NCBI GenBank assembly: GCA_963977015.1
Contig: CAXBMO010000005.1
Coordinates: 160,001-224,000 of the forward strand
Direction of reading: 5' to 3'
Length of the DNA stretch: 64,000 bases
Origin: an uncultured bacterium
GTDB lineage: Bacteria > Verrucomicrobiota > Verrucomicrobiia > Verrucomicrobiales > DEV007
Each line of letters starts with the position of its first letter. The stretch's first letter is position 1. The position numbers and the translations under genes were made by a program. Under the pieces are notes generated by a model. The model did no database searches, was not told the DNA's origin, and worked only from the letters and a program-made list of their open reading frames with translations. This document shows positions 1 to 12,298 of the stretch, in pieces.

Positions 1-1
1 C

Positions 2-1534
2 GGCAAACATGCCGCGTTTGCCCTTATGCGGATGCACGATCCCGCCGTCGTCGACAACCTGCTTTCACGGCTTTCGTCTGAGAAAAATCCGACCGTTCGT
101 GAGCGACTCCTTTCGATTCTGGCACGACTCGCCCAGCAGGAAGCTGAATGGACCGGCGACAGCTGGGGAACGCGTCCCGACACACGCGGACCGTATTACC
201 AGCTCGCAGACTGGTCGGAGACCGAAAAAATCCTGGCAGCCCTCAAGTCCGCACTTGAATCCGGCACGCCGGATGAAGCGGCTTTCATTGTGAAAGAAAT
301 GAGCCGCAACCGGATACAATCCAACGATGCGCTCAACAGCATTCTCTCCCTCGCGAAGAAAAATCCAAAGGTCGTTCCGGATGCAGTCACCCAGTTGAGC
401 ACCGCCGACTCTATTCCGGCAGAGGGGATTGATATTTTACTGCGAGTGCTCAAATCAGATGGCTCCGAATTCGGATTTTCATCCATGGCGGAAGCAGTCA
501 CGGTTCTCGCAAAAACCGACAACCAAGAAGTGGTTGATACGTCACTCGCAGCCTTTGAAAAGCTTCAGAAGAATGTCCACGCCGCTCAGGCAGCCCAGAC
601 CGAAGTCTCCAAAATTGAAGACGAAGTGAAGAAGAAATCCGAGCTGAAGTATGCGAGAGGACGCGTCAACGATGCCAGAAAAATGCTGGAAACGGCGACC
701 ACTGGATTTTTGAAATCACCCAAACTGGAGAACCATCACCTCGCCATCGAGCACATTGCCGCCGAAAAGCCGGATTCCACTGAAGGGTTCTGGGCAAACG
801 CGGCCCTTCTTGAGCTTGCTTCACGCAAAGACGGAAGCCCTGAATCCCGCGAGCTTTCGCAGAAGGCGGTCGATGTTGCATGGCAAAACCCAAAACAGAA
901 GGTCGCATTGATCAAAGCCGCCTCGACAACGAAGAACCGCTCGCTGGATGAGCGAATTCAGATCGCGCTCAATTCACCGGACAAAGCCGTGAGCGATGCC
1001 GCTAAAAACGCTGCCAAGAGCTTGAAAATCCAGCCCAAGGGAGCCGACAAAACCCCGAAAATCTCGACGCTGGACCCGGCCAAAGCACTCGCCGAGGTCA
1101 TCAAACACAAAGGTGATGTTGCCCTCGGGGAATCGGTTTTCAGCCGAGCATCCTGTGTCGCCTGTCACACCACTAGTCAGCAGCAGGCTCAGAAAGGGCC
1201 TTACCTCGGCAACATTTTTGAGACCTACAAACGCCCTGAACTGGCGGAAGCCATTCTTGATCCGAATAAAACCATCGCTCAGGGATTTGCGACCAACTTG
1301 ATCGTTCTCAAAGACGGCAACACCCAGATGATGGGCTTCGTCACCAACGAGCAGGCGGATCAGGTAACCGTTCGCGATATTGCGTCAAAGGAACACGTCT
1401 TTAAAAAAGCTGACATCGACAAACGCGAAGAAATGCCCATGAGCATGATGCCTCCAGGCTTGATGATGAATTTCACGATTCACGAATTCGCAAGTCTGCT
1501 CGACTACCTCGAACACCTTTCGAAGAAGAAATAG
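2..1534 (+). CDS. PVC-type heme-binding CxxCH protein with HEAT-like repeats (membrane-bound dehydrogenase family), 5' partial
   Basis: Frame is open from the window start. Helical HEAT-like region, then a C-terminal putative heme domain: GD..LGESVF..ASCVACH, GPYLGNI, ILDPNKTIAQGF, MSMMP. Confidence 0.85.
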   Translation, partial: GKHAAFALMRMHDPAVVDNLLSRLSSEKNPTVRERLLSILARLAQQEAEWTGDSWGTRPDTRGPYYQLADWSETEKILAALKSALESGTPDEAAFIVKEMSRNRIQSNDALNSILSLAKKNPKVVPDAVTQLSTADSIPAEGIDILLRVLKSDGSEFGFSSMAEAVTVLAKTDNQEVVDTSLAAFEKLQKNVHAAQAAQTEVSKIEDEVKKKSELKYARGRVNDARKMLETATTGFLKSPKLENHHLAIEHIAAEKPDSTEGFWANAALLELASRKDGSPESRELSQKAVDVAWQNPKQKVALIKAASTTKNRSLDERIQIALNSPDKAVSDAAKNAAKSLKIQPKGADKTPKISTLDPAKALAEVIKHKGDVALGESVFSRASCVACHTTSQQQAQKGPYLGNIFETYKRPELAEAILDPNKTIAQGFATNLIVLKDGNTQMMGFVTNEQADQVTVRDIASKEHVFKKADIDKREEMPMSMMPPGLMMNFTIHEFASLLDYLEHLSKKK

Positions 1535-1717
1535 GCGATCGTCAGGCTGAATTGAAGCCTCAGAACCTCTCATTGTGAAAAAACGGCCCCTCGTCGTTAT
1601 CTTGTCCAGGTCGTCACAACATTGTTGGTGATGACGGCCGGTTTTTCCGAGGAACACTCAACGACGTCGCCCCCAACGGGGGCCCAACCACAAGCGGGCG
1701 AAGAACTTCAATTCACT

Positions 1718-2503
1718 CTAAAGTGATTCGGCCTTGGAACAACGGAACCGCCGCCATCCCAAAAACTGGAGCGCAAAGAGCGATACAAACCGGGGATTGC
1801 TGGTGAGATAGCGTTTCCAAAGTCGGGCCGGCTCTTGGGACAGCCGAAACGCCCACTCAAGGCCATGGCGTTGCATCCACTTGGGTGCCTGGCGGACCCG
1901 GCCGGTATGAAAATCAAACGCCGCGCCCACGCCGAACATCAGCTTCACCGGCAATTTGGGGAGATACTTCGCCATGAAGCGATCCTGTTTCGGCGTGCTG
2001 ATCCCCACCCACATGACGTCAGCCTTCGACTCGCTGACCTGCTGAATCAGTTCCGCCTCTTCCTCCACATTCAACTCACGAAAGGGCGGACAGTAGGTGC
2101 CGACAATTTCCGCATCCGGAAACCGTTCCAACAACGAAGTCCGAAGCTCGTCCGCCACGCCTTCGGTGCCGCCATAGAGAAAGTGGCGGGTGCCTTTCGG
2201 CTCCGTTTTGCGAAACACCTCGAGCATCAAATCCGGCCCGTAAACACGGTCCATTTGGGAGAACCCATAGACCAGTTTCCCAATCCAGACCGTCGGCATT
2301 CCATCAGGCGTGGTGAGAAAGGAGTCGTTGAAAATGGTTCTCAATTCCGGGTCGTCCTGAGCCTCGATGATTCCATGCACCCCCGTCACGCAAACGTAGC
2401 CTTTGCTGTCCGAATCGAGCAACCGGAGCACTTCGCCGGTAGCTCGCTCCATGTTCAGAGCAGAGATGCCAACACCAAGCACGTTGAAGCGGTCGACAGT
2501 CAT
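1718..2503 (-). CDS. WecB/TagA/CpsF family glycosyltransferase
   Basis: Motifs PDGMP, RVYGPDL, FLYGG, WVGISTPKQD, GVGAAFDF, RQAPKWMQRHGLEWAFRL..EPARLWKRY. Confidence 0.93.
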   Translation of the reverse strand: MTVDRFNVLGVGISALNMERATGEVLRLLDSDSKGYVCVTGVHGIIEAQDDPELRTIFNDSFLTTPDGMPTVWIGKLVYGFSQMDRVYGPDLMLEVFRKTEPKGTRHFLYGGTEGVADELRTSLLERFPDAEIVGTYCPPFRELNVEEEAELIQQVSESKADVMWVGISTPKQDRFMAKYLPKLPVKLMFGVGAAFDFHTGRVRQAPKWMQRHGLEWAFRLSQEPARLWKRYLTSNPRFVSLFALQFLGWRRFRCSKAESL

Positions 2504-2574
2504 GACTGACTCAACGTAATGCTCTCAGACGGGACTGCGAGCAGTTTATTTAAGAATCCTTAAATTTCTTGCGT

Positions 2575-6234
<3,660 letters not shown>

Positions 6235-6414
6235 GAATTCGCGCTCAGATTTCCGCACTCGGGCGTCTCTTCCCTTTCCCAGCGCTGCAGTGTCAGGGAC
6301 GATCCCGATCTTCCGGCTTTCCTGATTCATCTCTAGTTGAGTGCCGCAAGATTCGCGAGAAGGAGACCAATCCAAGCAGGGCATGATCCGGGGCTGATTT
6401 GGTAGGATTTCTCT

Positions 6415-6882
6415 ATGATTGTCAAAAAACTCAAATCCTTCCTGGATGAGAACGGAGTCAAATACCTGATCATCCATCACTCTCCCGCTTTTACCGCTCA
6501 GGAGGTCGCCCAGTCCGCCCATATTTCCGGCAATGAGATTGCCAAGAGCGTGATGGTAAAGGTCGATGACGAACTCGCCATGGTCGTCCTGCCCGCTTCG
6601 CGGATGGTCGATTGCAGCACGGTTTCAAAAGCCGCCGGCGGCGCGGACGTGCTTCTGGCTGACGAGGAAGACTTCGAGAAGCGCTTCCCCGGTTGCGATC
6701 TCGGCGCAATGCCGCCTTTCGGAAACCTCTACGATCTAAAGGTCTACCTGCATCCTGATCTCTCCGAAGACGAGGAAATCGCGTTCAACGCAGGTTCGCA
6801 CACCGAACTCGTCAAACTGAAATACGCCGACTACGAACGCCTCGCCGGTTCGTCCATCACGATGTTACCGCCCGAAATGTAG
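6415..6882 (+). CDS. YbaK/EbsC family aminoacyl-tRNA deacylase-like protein
   Basis: IAKSVMVK with the catalytic-type Lys, GAMPPFG, FNAGSH. Confidence 0.88.
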   Translation: MIVKKLKSFLDENGVKYLIIHHSPAFTAQEVAQSAHISGNEIAKSVMVKVDDELAMVVLPASRMVDCSTVSKAAGGADVLLADEEDFEKRFPGCDLGAMPPFGNLYDLKVYLHPDLSEDEEIAFNAGSHTELVKLKYADYERLAGSSITMLPPEM

Positions 6883-7160
6883 CTCGGCACCCGCATCCTG
6901 CCCAAGGGCTTGGAATTGGTTGATTGGGACTCACCTTGATTCGAGTCCCGCCGGTCACTATGACCTTTTTCCCACAATTCCGAGCAATTGGTGGAATCGA
7001 TCCGGAATCATGGCGGCTTCTGGTTCGGGAGAAAAAATCGGGCATCCTGGGGGAGCTTTGCTTTGAGATCCAGGCTCCGTCGTTGACGGTGGTTCCATGA
7101 TCCCGGGCATGGTTCTTGGCACCAACTTGTCCGCATCTCCCTTCCCAATCCAAAAGGTTC

Positions 7161-7323
7161 CGTAATCTTTTTTCCACAAAATCTGCCATTTTTAACCATT
7201 TTTCTGCGGAAATAAGGATTTTTCCGCAATCACGGTCTTGCGGGTGCCCTAATGATGTCGTAATCATTTTTCTTCGCACATCGCCATTTTGAACGATTTT
7301 TCCATAGAAATAGAGATTTTTCC
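7161..7323 (+). repeat. Two imperfect 65-bp direct repeats (7161-7225, 7259-7323) abutting the Fic start codon
   Basis: Ungapped alignment by eye gives 48/65 identical positions: CGTAATC..TTTTTC...GCCATTTT.AAC.ATTTTTC....GAAATA..GATTTTTCC. Confidence 0.8.
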
Positions 7324-8808
7324 ATGAAACCGCTCGGTTACACATGGCTGATTCCTCATTTCCAGCTCAAAACCCGCCCCCTGCGGCACAGCTCGTTCAT
7401 TGGAACCCGGCGAGCCCTCAAAGAGCGAGCGGATGGCTCGGTGGAGGAGCTTTACGTGAAGCGTTACGATCCGGGAAACGGGCCGCTTGATCACTTGGTC
7501 TTCGCCCTGAAATACGATGGGCTGGATCTCGACATCCTGCGCAAGGTCTTCGGGCAGATTTCCCCAAAGGAAGTGGCTGAATTTGTGGCAAGGACTCCAA
7601 CCGGAAAGTTTGCCCGACAGATCGGTTTCTGGTTCGAAATGTTGACCGGCCAGGAGGTTCCGCTCAACGAGAAACTGATCGGGAACTACACCCCACTGCT
7701 CGATCCCAAACGCTATGTGGTGGCGTCCAAGCCGGTTCGGAACGCCCGGTGGCGCATCGCGAACAATGCCATCGGGGACCAGCGCTTCATGCCCGTGATT
7801 CGGCGAACGGAGGCGATCCGCGCCATCGAGGAAACCGACTGGAAAGGGATCATCTCGGAAGCCGTCCGCCCGTTCCCCGAAGACGTGCTCCGCCGCGCCC
7901 TGTCCTATCTCTATTTCAAGGAAACCAAATCCTCATTCGCGATCGAACGCGAAGAGCCCGGTTCCGGAAGAACCGAGAGATTCGTGACGTTGCTCCACCG
8001 CGCGGGAAGCGAAGACCATCCGCTTAGCGAAGACACCCTGACCCATCTCCAGAATGCCATCCTGGACGAGCGCTATCACGAGAAAGGTTATCGGACGAGC
8101 CAGAACTACGTCGGCGAAACCACGGTCAACTTCCGGGAAATCATCCACTTGATCGGGAGTCCGCCAGTCCTCGTTCGCGATGTGATGGAGGGGCTGGAAG
8201 GTTACTTTGCCGCGAGCCGGAGTGTTCACCCGATCCTGCGGGCAGCGGCAATCTCGTTCCCGTTTGTCTTCATTCACCCGTTCGAGGACGGCAACGGGCG
8301 CATCCATCGCTACCTCATCCACGACGTCATGGCGAGGGGCGGGATTGGAGGCGAAGGACTGATCCTTCCCGTCTCGGCCGAGATCCTGGCCGACATGAAG
8401 GCTTACGACACCTGTCTGGAACGGTTCTCGAAGCCGTTGCTCTCCGTCGCCGAATACGAACTCAACACCAGGCAGGAGATGACCGTCGAGAACCCATCCG
8501 AGATCGAGGGATTCTACCGCTATCCCGACGTGACCCCGCAGGCCGAATATCTGGCGAACATGGTGAGCCAGGCGATCACGAAGAGCCTTCCCGAGGAGAT
8601 TGGCTTTCTTGAAAAACTCGACCGCGCCCGTCAGGCAATGAGAGAGATCGTGGACATGCCGGACCGGAAACGGGAATCTCTGCTCATGAGGCTCCACCGC
8701 AACAAGGGCAAAATCGCCAGGAGACGACGTGAAGGCGAATTCAAGGAACTGACGGACGAAGAAGTGGAGCAGATTGAGGAGGCATTTCTGGAGGCCTTTG
8801 AGAATTGA
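7324..8808 (+). CDS. Fic family protein (long form)
   Basis: Canonical Fic motif HPFEDGNGRIHR; upstream SSFAIER resembles the (S/T)xxxE inhibitory helix. Confidence 0.92.
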   Translation: MKPLGYTWLIPHFQLKTRPLRHSSFIGTRRALKERADGSVEELYVKRYDPGNGPLDHLVFALKYDGLDLDILRKVFGQISPKEVAEFVARTPTGKFARQIGFWFEMLTGQEVPLNEKLIGNYTPLLDPKRYVVASKPVRNARWRIANNAIGDQRFMPVIRRTEAIRAIEETDWKGIISEAVRPFPEDVLRRALSYLYFKETKSSFAIEREEPGSGRTERFVTLLHRAGSEDHPLSEDTLTHLQNAILDERYHEKGYRTSQNYVGETTVNFREIIHLIGSPPVLVRDVMEGLEGYFAASRSVHPILRAAAISFPFVFIHPFEDGNGRIHRYLIHDVMARGGIGGEGLILPVSAEILADMKAYDTCLERFSKPLLSVAEYELNTRQEMTVENPSEIEGFYRYPDVTPQAEYLANMVSQAITKSLPEEIGFLEKLDRARQAMREIVDMPDRKRESLLMRLHRNKGKIARRRREGEFKELTDEEVEQIEEAFLEAFEN

Positions 8809-8922
8809 GGTTCGTCTCTCAAGAACTGGATCCAAGGGCGAACGACTTCCTCACTCTGAGCGAGAAAACCTGATCTCTGGGAATCGCTTTCGCTTTTTGG
8901 ATAGAATCGACAAGGTTGCCCC

Positions 8923-9708
8923 ATGTTCTTTGTCCTTTCCAAGACCCTTGGCATGATTCTGGAGCCACTCTTTCTTCCCTACCTCTGCCTTTCCCTGGCA
9001 TTGTTGGCGGGGTGGCGACGACGGCGGGTGCTGATGCGAACCCTGGTCGGAACGGCCATTTGCCTTCCCCTTCTCTACGGCTTCCTACCACTATCGAGCC
9101 TGCCCCTGCAGATTCTGGAAAACCGCATTCCGTGCGGCGATCTTTCCGCTCAGAAGATTGACGGGATCATCGTTCTCGGCGGATTTACCGGCCATCCAAT
9201 GGTCGCCGAAAGCCGCAACAGCTATGGCCTCCTCCATAGTGCCGAGCGCTTTACCGCAGCACTCGAGTTGGCGCGGAACTTTCCCGACGCCGCCGTGTTG
9301 TTCAGCGGATTTTCCGGTCGGCTTGTACACGATGGCTGGAGCGAAGCCGACCACATCCGCGATCTGGTTGGCCGTATTGGGGGGATGGGACCGGTCCGTT
9401 ATGAGGAAGAAAGCCGAAATACCTACGAGAACGCCGTGAACAGCCAAAAAGTTCTCGAGCCCGGTCCCGGAACCAAGTGGATTTTGGTGACATCAGCGTG
9501 TCACATGCCGCGCGCCGTGGGATGTTTTACCGCTGCTGGATGGACCGGCATCATTCCCTATCCGGTTGACTACCAAACCCCAAAAAGCGGCAGTCTCGAC
9601 TGGTGGAGCCTTGCTGGAATTCCCCATCTGCGCAGCGCCCTGCACGAATACGCCGGGTTGATCGTCTATTATTTGACCGGACGCAGCAGCGCGTTGTTGC
9701 CGGGCTAA
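8923..9708 (+). CDS. YdcF/ElyC-like DUF218 membrane protein
   Basis: N-terminal TM helices; IIVLGG, SG.SG, EEESRNTYENA, LVTSACHMPRA, HEYAG. Confidence 0.9.
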   Translation: MFFVLSKTLGMILEPLFLPYLCLSLALLAGWRRRRVLMRTLVGTAICLPLLYGFLPLSSLPLQILENRIPCGDLSAQKIDGIIVLGGFTGHPMVAESRNSYGLLHSAERFTAALELARNFPDAAVLFSGFSGRLVHDGWSEADHIRDLVGRIGGMGPVRYEEESRNTYENAVNSQKVLEPGPGTKWILVTSACHMPRAVGCFTAAGWTGIIPYPVDYQTPKSGSLDWWSLAGIPHLRSALHEYAGLIVYYLTGRSSALLPG

Positions 9709-9833
9709 AATGCAATCGTGGTTTAGGGCTGAGGAAAATTGCTGAGAAGAGAGTGACTGAGTAACTGGGCAGAAAATCCTAACATGTTTCGTTTTGTTGA
9801 TTTGTTAGAATCGTAAGGTAAATTCGCCGGAAG

Positions 9834-10376
9834 ATGAGCAGTAAAGCAAAGAAGGAAGATGGAGTGATACAGTGGTCAGTTTTAATCATCCTAGTAGCAG
9901 TCGTGATGGCCTTATGGTTGCTCACAATTTGGTTGGTTTGCGGCAATGAGATCCCCGGTAAGGGAGCATTCGGTGACGCCTTTGGTGCTACCAATACCCT
10001 TTTCTCCGGACTCGCGGCCGCTCTCTTCTTCTTCGCAATTTTTATGCAGCGCCAAGATCTCGCCTTCACAAAGAAAATGCTGGCGGACAGCGCCGAAGCT
10101 CAACAACAAAGCGCCGATTCGCACACGGAGTCGCTGAAGGAACTAAAGAAACAGAATGCACACATGCTGCAACAAAACGCGGTCATGCGAACACAAAACC
10201 GTCTCGCAAAACTCCAAGCCGAAATCGACATTGTTTCTTCTTTGTCGGAAAACGTAGATTCGATTTCCGCTGACGGGTTGCCAGATGGGTTTAAACGAAA
10301 TCCTGGAGCGCTCAAGCGGGCTTTGTTCCAGCGTCTTTACCAACTTAAATCTAACGTCGAAAATCTTGATGCCTAA
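9834..10376 (+). CDS. Two-TM plus coiled-coil hypothetical protein with a GxFGD motif
   Basis: TM1, GAFGDAFGATNTLFSGLA, TM2, then a Q/E/K-rich coiled coil. This N-terminal pattern resembles that of putative abortive-infection (putAbiC-like) membrane proteins. Confidence 0.7.
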   Translation: MSSKAKKEDGVIQWSVLIILVAVVMALWLLTIWLVCGNEIPGKGAFGDAFGATNTLFSGLAAALFFFAIFMQRQDLAFTKKMLADSAEAQQQSADSHTESLKELKKQNAHMLQQNAVMRTQNRLAKLQAEIDIVSSLSENVDSISADGLPDGFKRNPGALKRALFQRLYQLKSNVENLDA

Positions 10377-11046
10377 CTTTATGCCAGCGGACGAAAAGCT
10401 GATCGAGGAAGCAGGAAAAACGGCTAGACATTACTTGGACCAGATCCTTGTGGAGCCGCTATCTGAACTTGGGCTTCTGGCCAAAGACCGGATCTCTGCG
10501 TGGCGTTTCAAGAATCAGGTTAATCAGATTCTGAAGACCAAAGAGTTTCTAGAGCAAAGAGGGGTCGATCCAATGGTACTCATCGACGGTGGCAAATTAT
10601 CTCCAGACGTAATTGTTCCAATTTTGGAAGCTGGATCAAACACAAACGACCCTGATCTCTCACACCTGTTTGCTGGGCTCCTCGCTAACGCCATCGATCC
10701 AAGTGGTAGAGAGACCGTTCATCCGAGTTTTGCGGGAGTGCTTGCCCAGATTTCAGGTCACGATGCACAAATTCTGAAAATGCTCTATGATCGAAAAAGA
10801 GCGATTCAGACCGGTAGCGAATTGTTTAGTCCCATACCATATGATGAGCTAGGTCAAACATTGGGACTAACTGGGCATGCGCTCGCGCTTGCCAACTCAA
10901 ATCTTGATCGACTGGGAATAACCCAATTGCACGGGGACTCTACCAACACAGAAATGAGCTTATCACACTTTGGAATTTCGCTCCTGATTGCTTGCCTGGG
11001 TTCGATACCGGTCAAAAACGATCGGGTGACATTGTCACCCAGCTAG
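10369..11046 (+). CDS. DUF4393 / Abi-alpha family protein
   Basis: VIVPILEAGS..DPDLSHLFAGLLANAID...VHPSFAGVLAQIS..DAQIL and C-terminal NLDRLGI..LSHFG. ATG 10369 overlaps the upstream stop codon region by 8 nt. Confidence 0.75.
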   Translation: MPNFMPADEKLIEEAGKTARHYLDQILVEPLSELGLLAKDRISAWRFKNQVNQILKTKEFLEQRGVDPMVLIDGGKLSPDVIVPILEAGSNTNDPDLSHLFAGLLANAIDPSGRETVHPSFAGVLAQISGHDAQILKMLYDRKRAIQTGSELFSPIPYDELGQTLGLTGHALALANSNLDRLGITQLHGDSTNTEMSLSHFGISLLIACLGSIPVKNDRVTLSPS

Positions 11047-11163
11047 CGATCCATTTTATCCTAGAGATACAAATCACGATCATGCTTTTATGACACTTAT
11101 TAAACTGGGCGAAAATTCTACCAAAACCATGCTAAATTGTTGAACTTCCGGGCAATACGGCAC

Positions 11164-11193
11164 AAAACAGCCCGCCTGATTTGGGCGGGTTTT
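11164..11193. terminator. Possible bidirectional intrinsic terminator
   Basis: AAAACAG-CCCGCCT-GATTT-GGGCGGG-TTTT, between the converging cassette and tRNA. Confidence 0.5.
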
Positions 11194-11314
11194 GCATTTG
11201 GGATTCAAAAACTTCGATACCCACCGCTTGAGAGAGATCGCTGAGTTCGACATCCACTGAACCTAAATTCCCTCGCTCCCCCGCCTTCCTTTCCTCTCTC
11301 TGCGGCTTCTAATT

Positions 11315-11389
11315 TGGTAGCAGGAGGCGGATTTGAACCGCCGACCAACGGCTTATGAGTCCGCTGCTCTACCACTGAGCTATCCTGCC
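11315..11389 (-). tRNA. tRNA with CAU anticodon (elongator Met more likely than Ile2; not initiator)
   Basis: GGCAGGATAGCTCAGTGGTAGAGCAGCGGACTCATAAGCCGTTGGTCGGCGGTTCAAATCCGCCTCCTGCTACCA: full cloverleaf, encoded CCA, G1-U72 pair, no GGG/CCC anticodon stem. Confidence 0.93.
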
Positions 11390-11402
11390 ACAGAGGCCCG
11401 CC

Positions 11403-11430
11403 AATATGCGAATTTCCGAAACAAAGTCAA
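11403..11430 (-). promoter_or_regulatory. Putative sigma70 promoter of the tRNA-CAU gene
   Basis: TTGACT-16 nt-CATATT followed by GC-rich GGCGGGC, just upstream of the tRNA 5' end. Confidence 0.5.
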
Positions 11431-11437
11431 GCGGGAG

Positions 11438-12298
11438 TTAGAAAGCGGGTTTCAGCTCTTCCGCGAGAAGCTTTTTCATCTCCGGTGTCGCTTCGGGCCA
11501 AAGTTTTCCGTTTCCGAACGATTTCGCGTAAATGTGGACGAGGGCCTTGAGTTCGCCTTTCCGGTCTTCGTTCTTGGCCAAAATGGTGGCGGAACGGCGA
11601 ATGGCGTCTGATGCCGTGCGTCGATTCGCACCGGGGTAAGGGCCGATGACGGAGCCAAAGGCAATCACGGCTTTGTCGTCGTCGCCATTCTCATCAAGGG
11701 CCAGGCCTTTGAGATAAGAGGCTTCGTTGGCGTCTCCGGAGCCGGGTGGAACATCGCGTAGCGCTTCGTCGGCGGCCTTGACCGCCCCCGGCCAATCCTT
11801 CAGTCCCACAGCCGACCACACGCTGGCGACTTTGAAGGCGTCGCGGTCGGCGGGAGGCAATTTGTCCCACTCGATGCGATTCACGACCGGCGGAATGCCC
11901 TCCGGCTTCATCATCCGGCGATAGCAGTCGAGCAGCCGTCGATCGGCGAGTGTCGAGAAGTTGCCGATGGCTGGGTAAAACGTGGATGAATTGCGCTTCT
12001 TCGCGATGGATTCGAGTTTCAATGCGGCTTGTTCGTAATCGCGCTGGGTAAATGCCTGCATTGCTTCCGCCCATTCCGTATTGGGCGAAAATTCGACGTA
12101 GCGGATTTCATCGTGGTTGAAGCTAACCAATCCAGCCGCCGCCTGTTCCAGTTTGAAGTCGATTTTGATCCGATTGACCGAAACGACGATTCCCTGGAAA
12201 TTGCGTCCGTTCTTGAGATACGCGGTGGCGGGAACTTCCGACTGCGCAAACGCGGCGGAGGTGAACAGGCAGAGGATCAGAAAGGTGCGTGTGATCAT
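11438..12298 (-). CDS. Exported protein with N-terminal beta domain and TPR-like helices
   Basis: Signal peptide ending AFA; YLKNGRNFQG..V beta domain; TPR-like EASYLKGLAL. ATGA overlap with the upstream gene. Confidence 0.75.
   Translation of the reverse strand: MITRTFLILCLFTSAAFAQSEVPATAYLKNGRNFQGIVVSVNRIKIDFKLEQAAAGLVSFNHDEIRYVEFSPNTEWAEAMQAFTQRDYEQAALKLESIAKKRNSSTFYPAIGNFSTLADRRLLDCYRRMMKPEGIPPVVNRIEWDKLPPADRDAFKVASVWSAVGLKDWPGAVKAADEALRDVPPGSGDANEASYLKGLALDENGDDDKAVIAFGSVIGPYPGANRRTASDAIRRSATILAKNEDRKGELKALVHIYAKSFGNGKLWPEATPEMKKLLAEELKPAF

Larger units (their letters stand above)
9763..11123 (+). repeat. Imperfect 21-22 bp direct repeats (9763-9784 and 11103-11123) flanking an AT-rich two-gene cassette
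   Basis: AACTGGGCAGAAAATCCTAACA versus AACTGGGC-GAAAATTCTACCA: one gap, two mismatches. Confidence 0.55.

Noticed and set aside
1573-1726. Hairpin-rich intergenic stretch; possible ncRNA or frameshifted signal-peptide remnant (MKKRPLVVIL.. / VVTTLLVMTAGFSEE..)
   Set aside because: Lies between convergent genes, matches no RNA family I recognise, and is too short to assign.
6883-7160. GATTCGAGTCCCGCC resembling a tRNA T-arm or att site, plus peptide-like fragments (LIGTHLDS)
   Set aside because: No cloverleaf and no match to either tRNA in the window; all frames are interrupted by stops.
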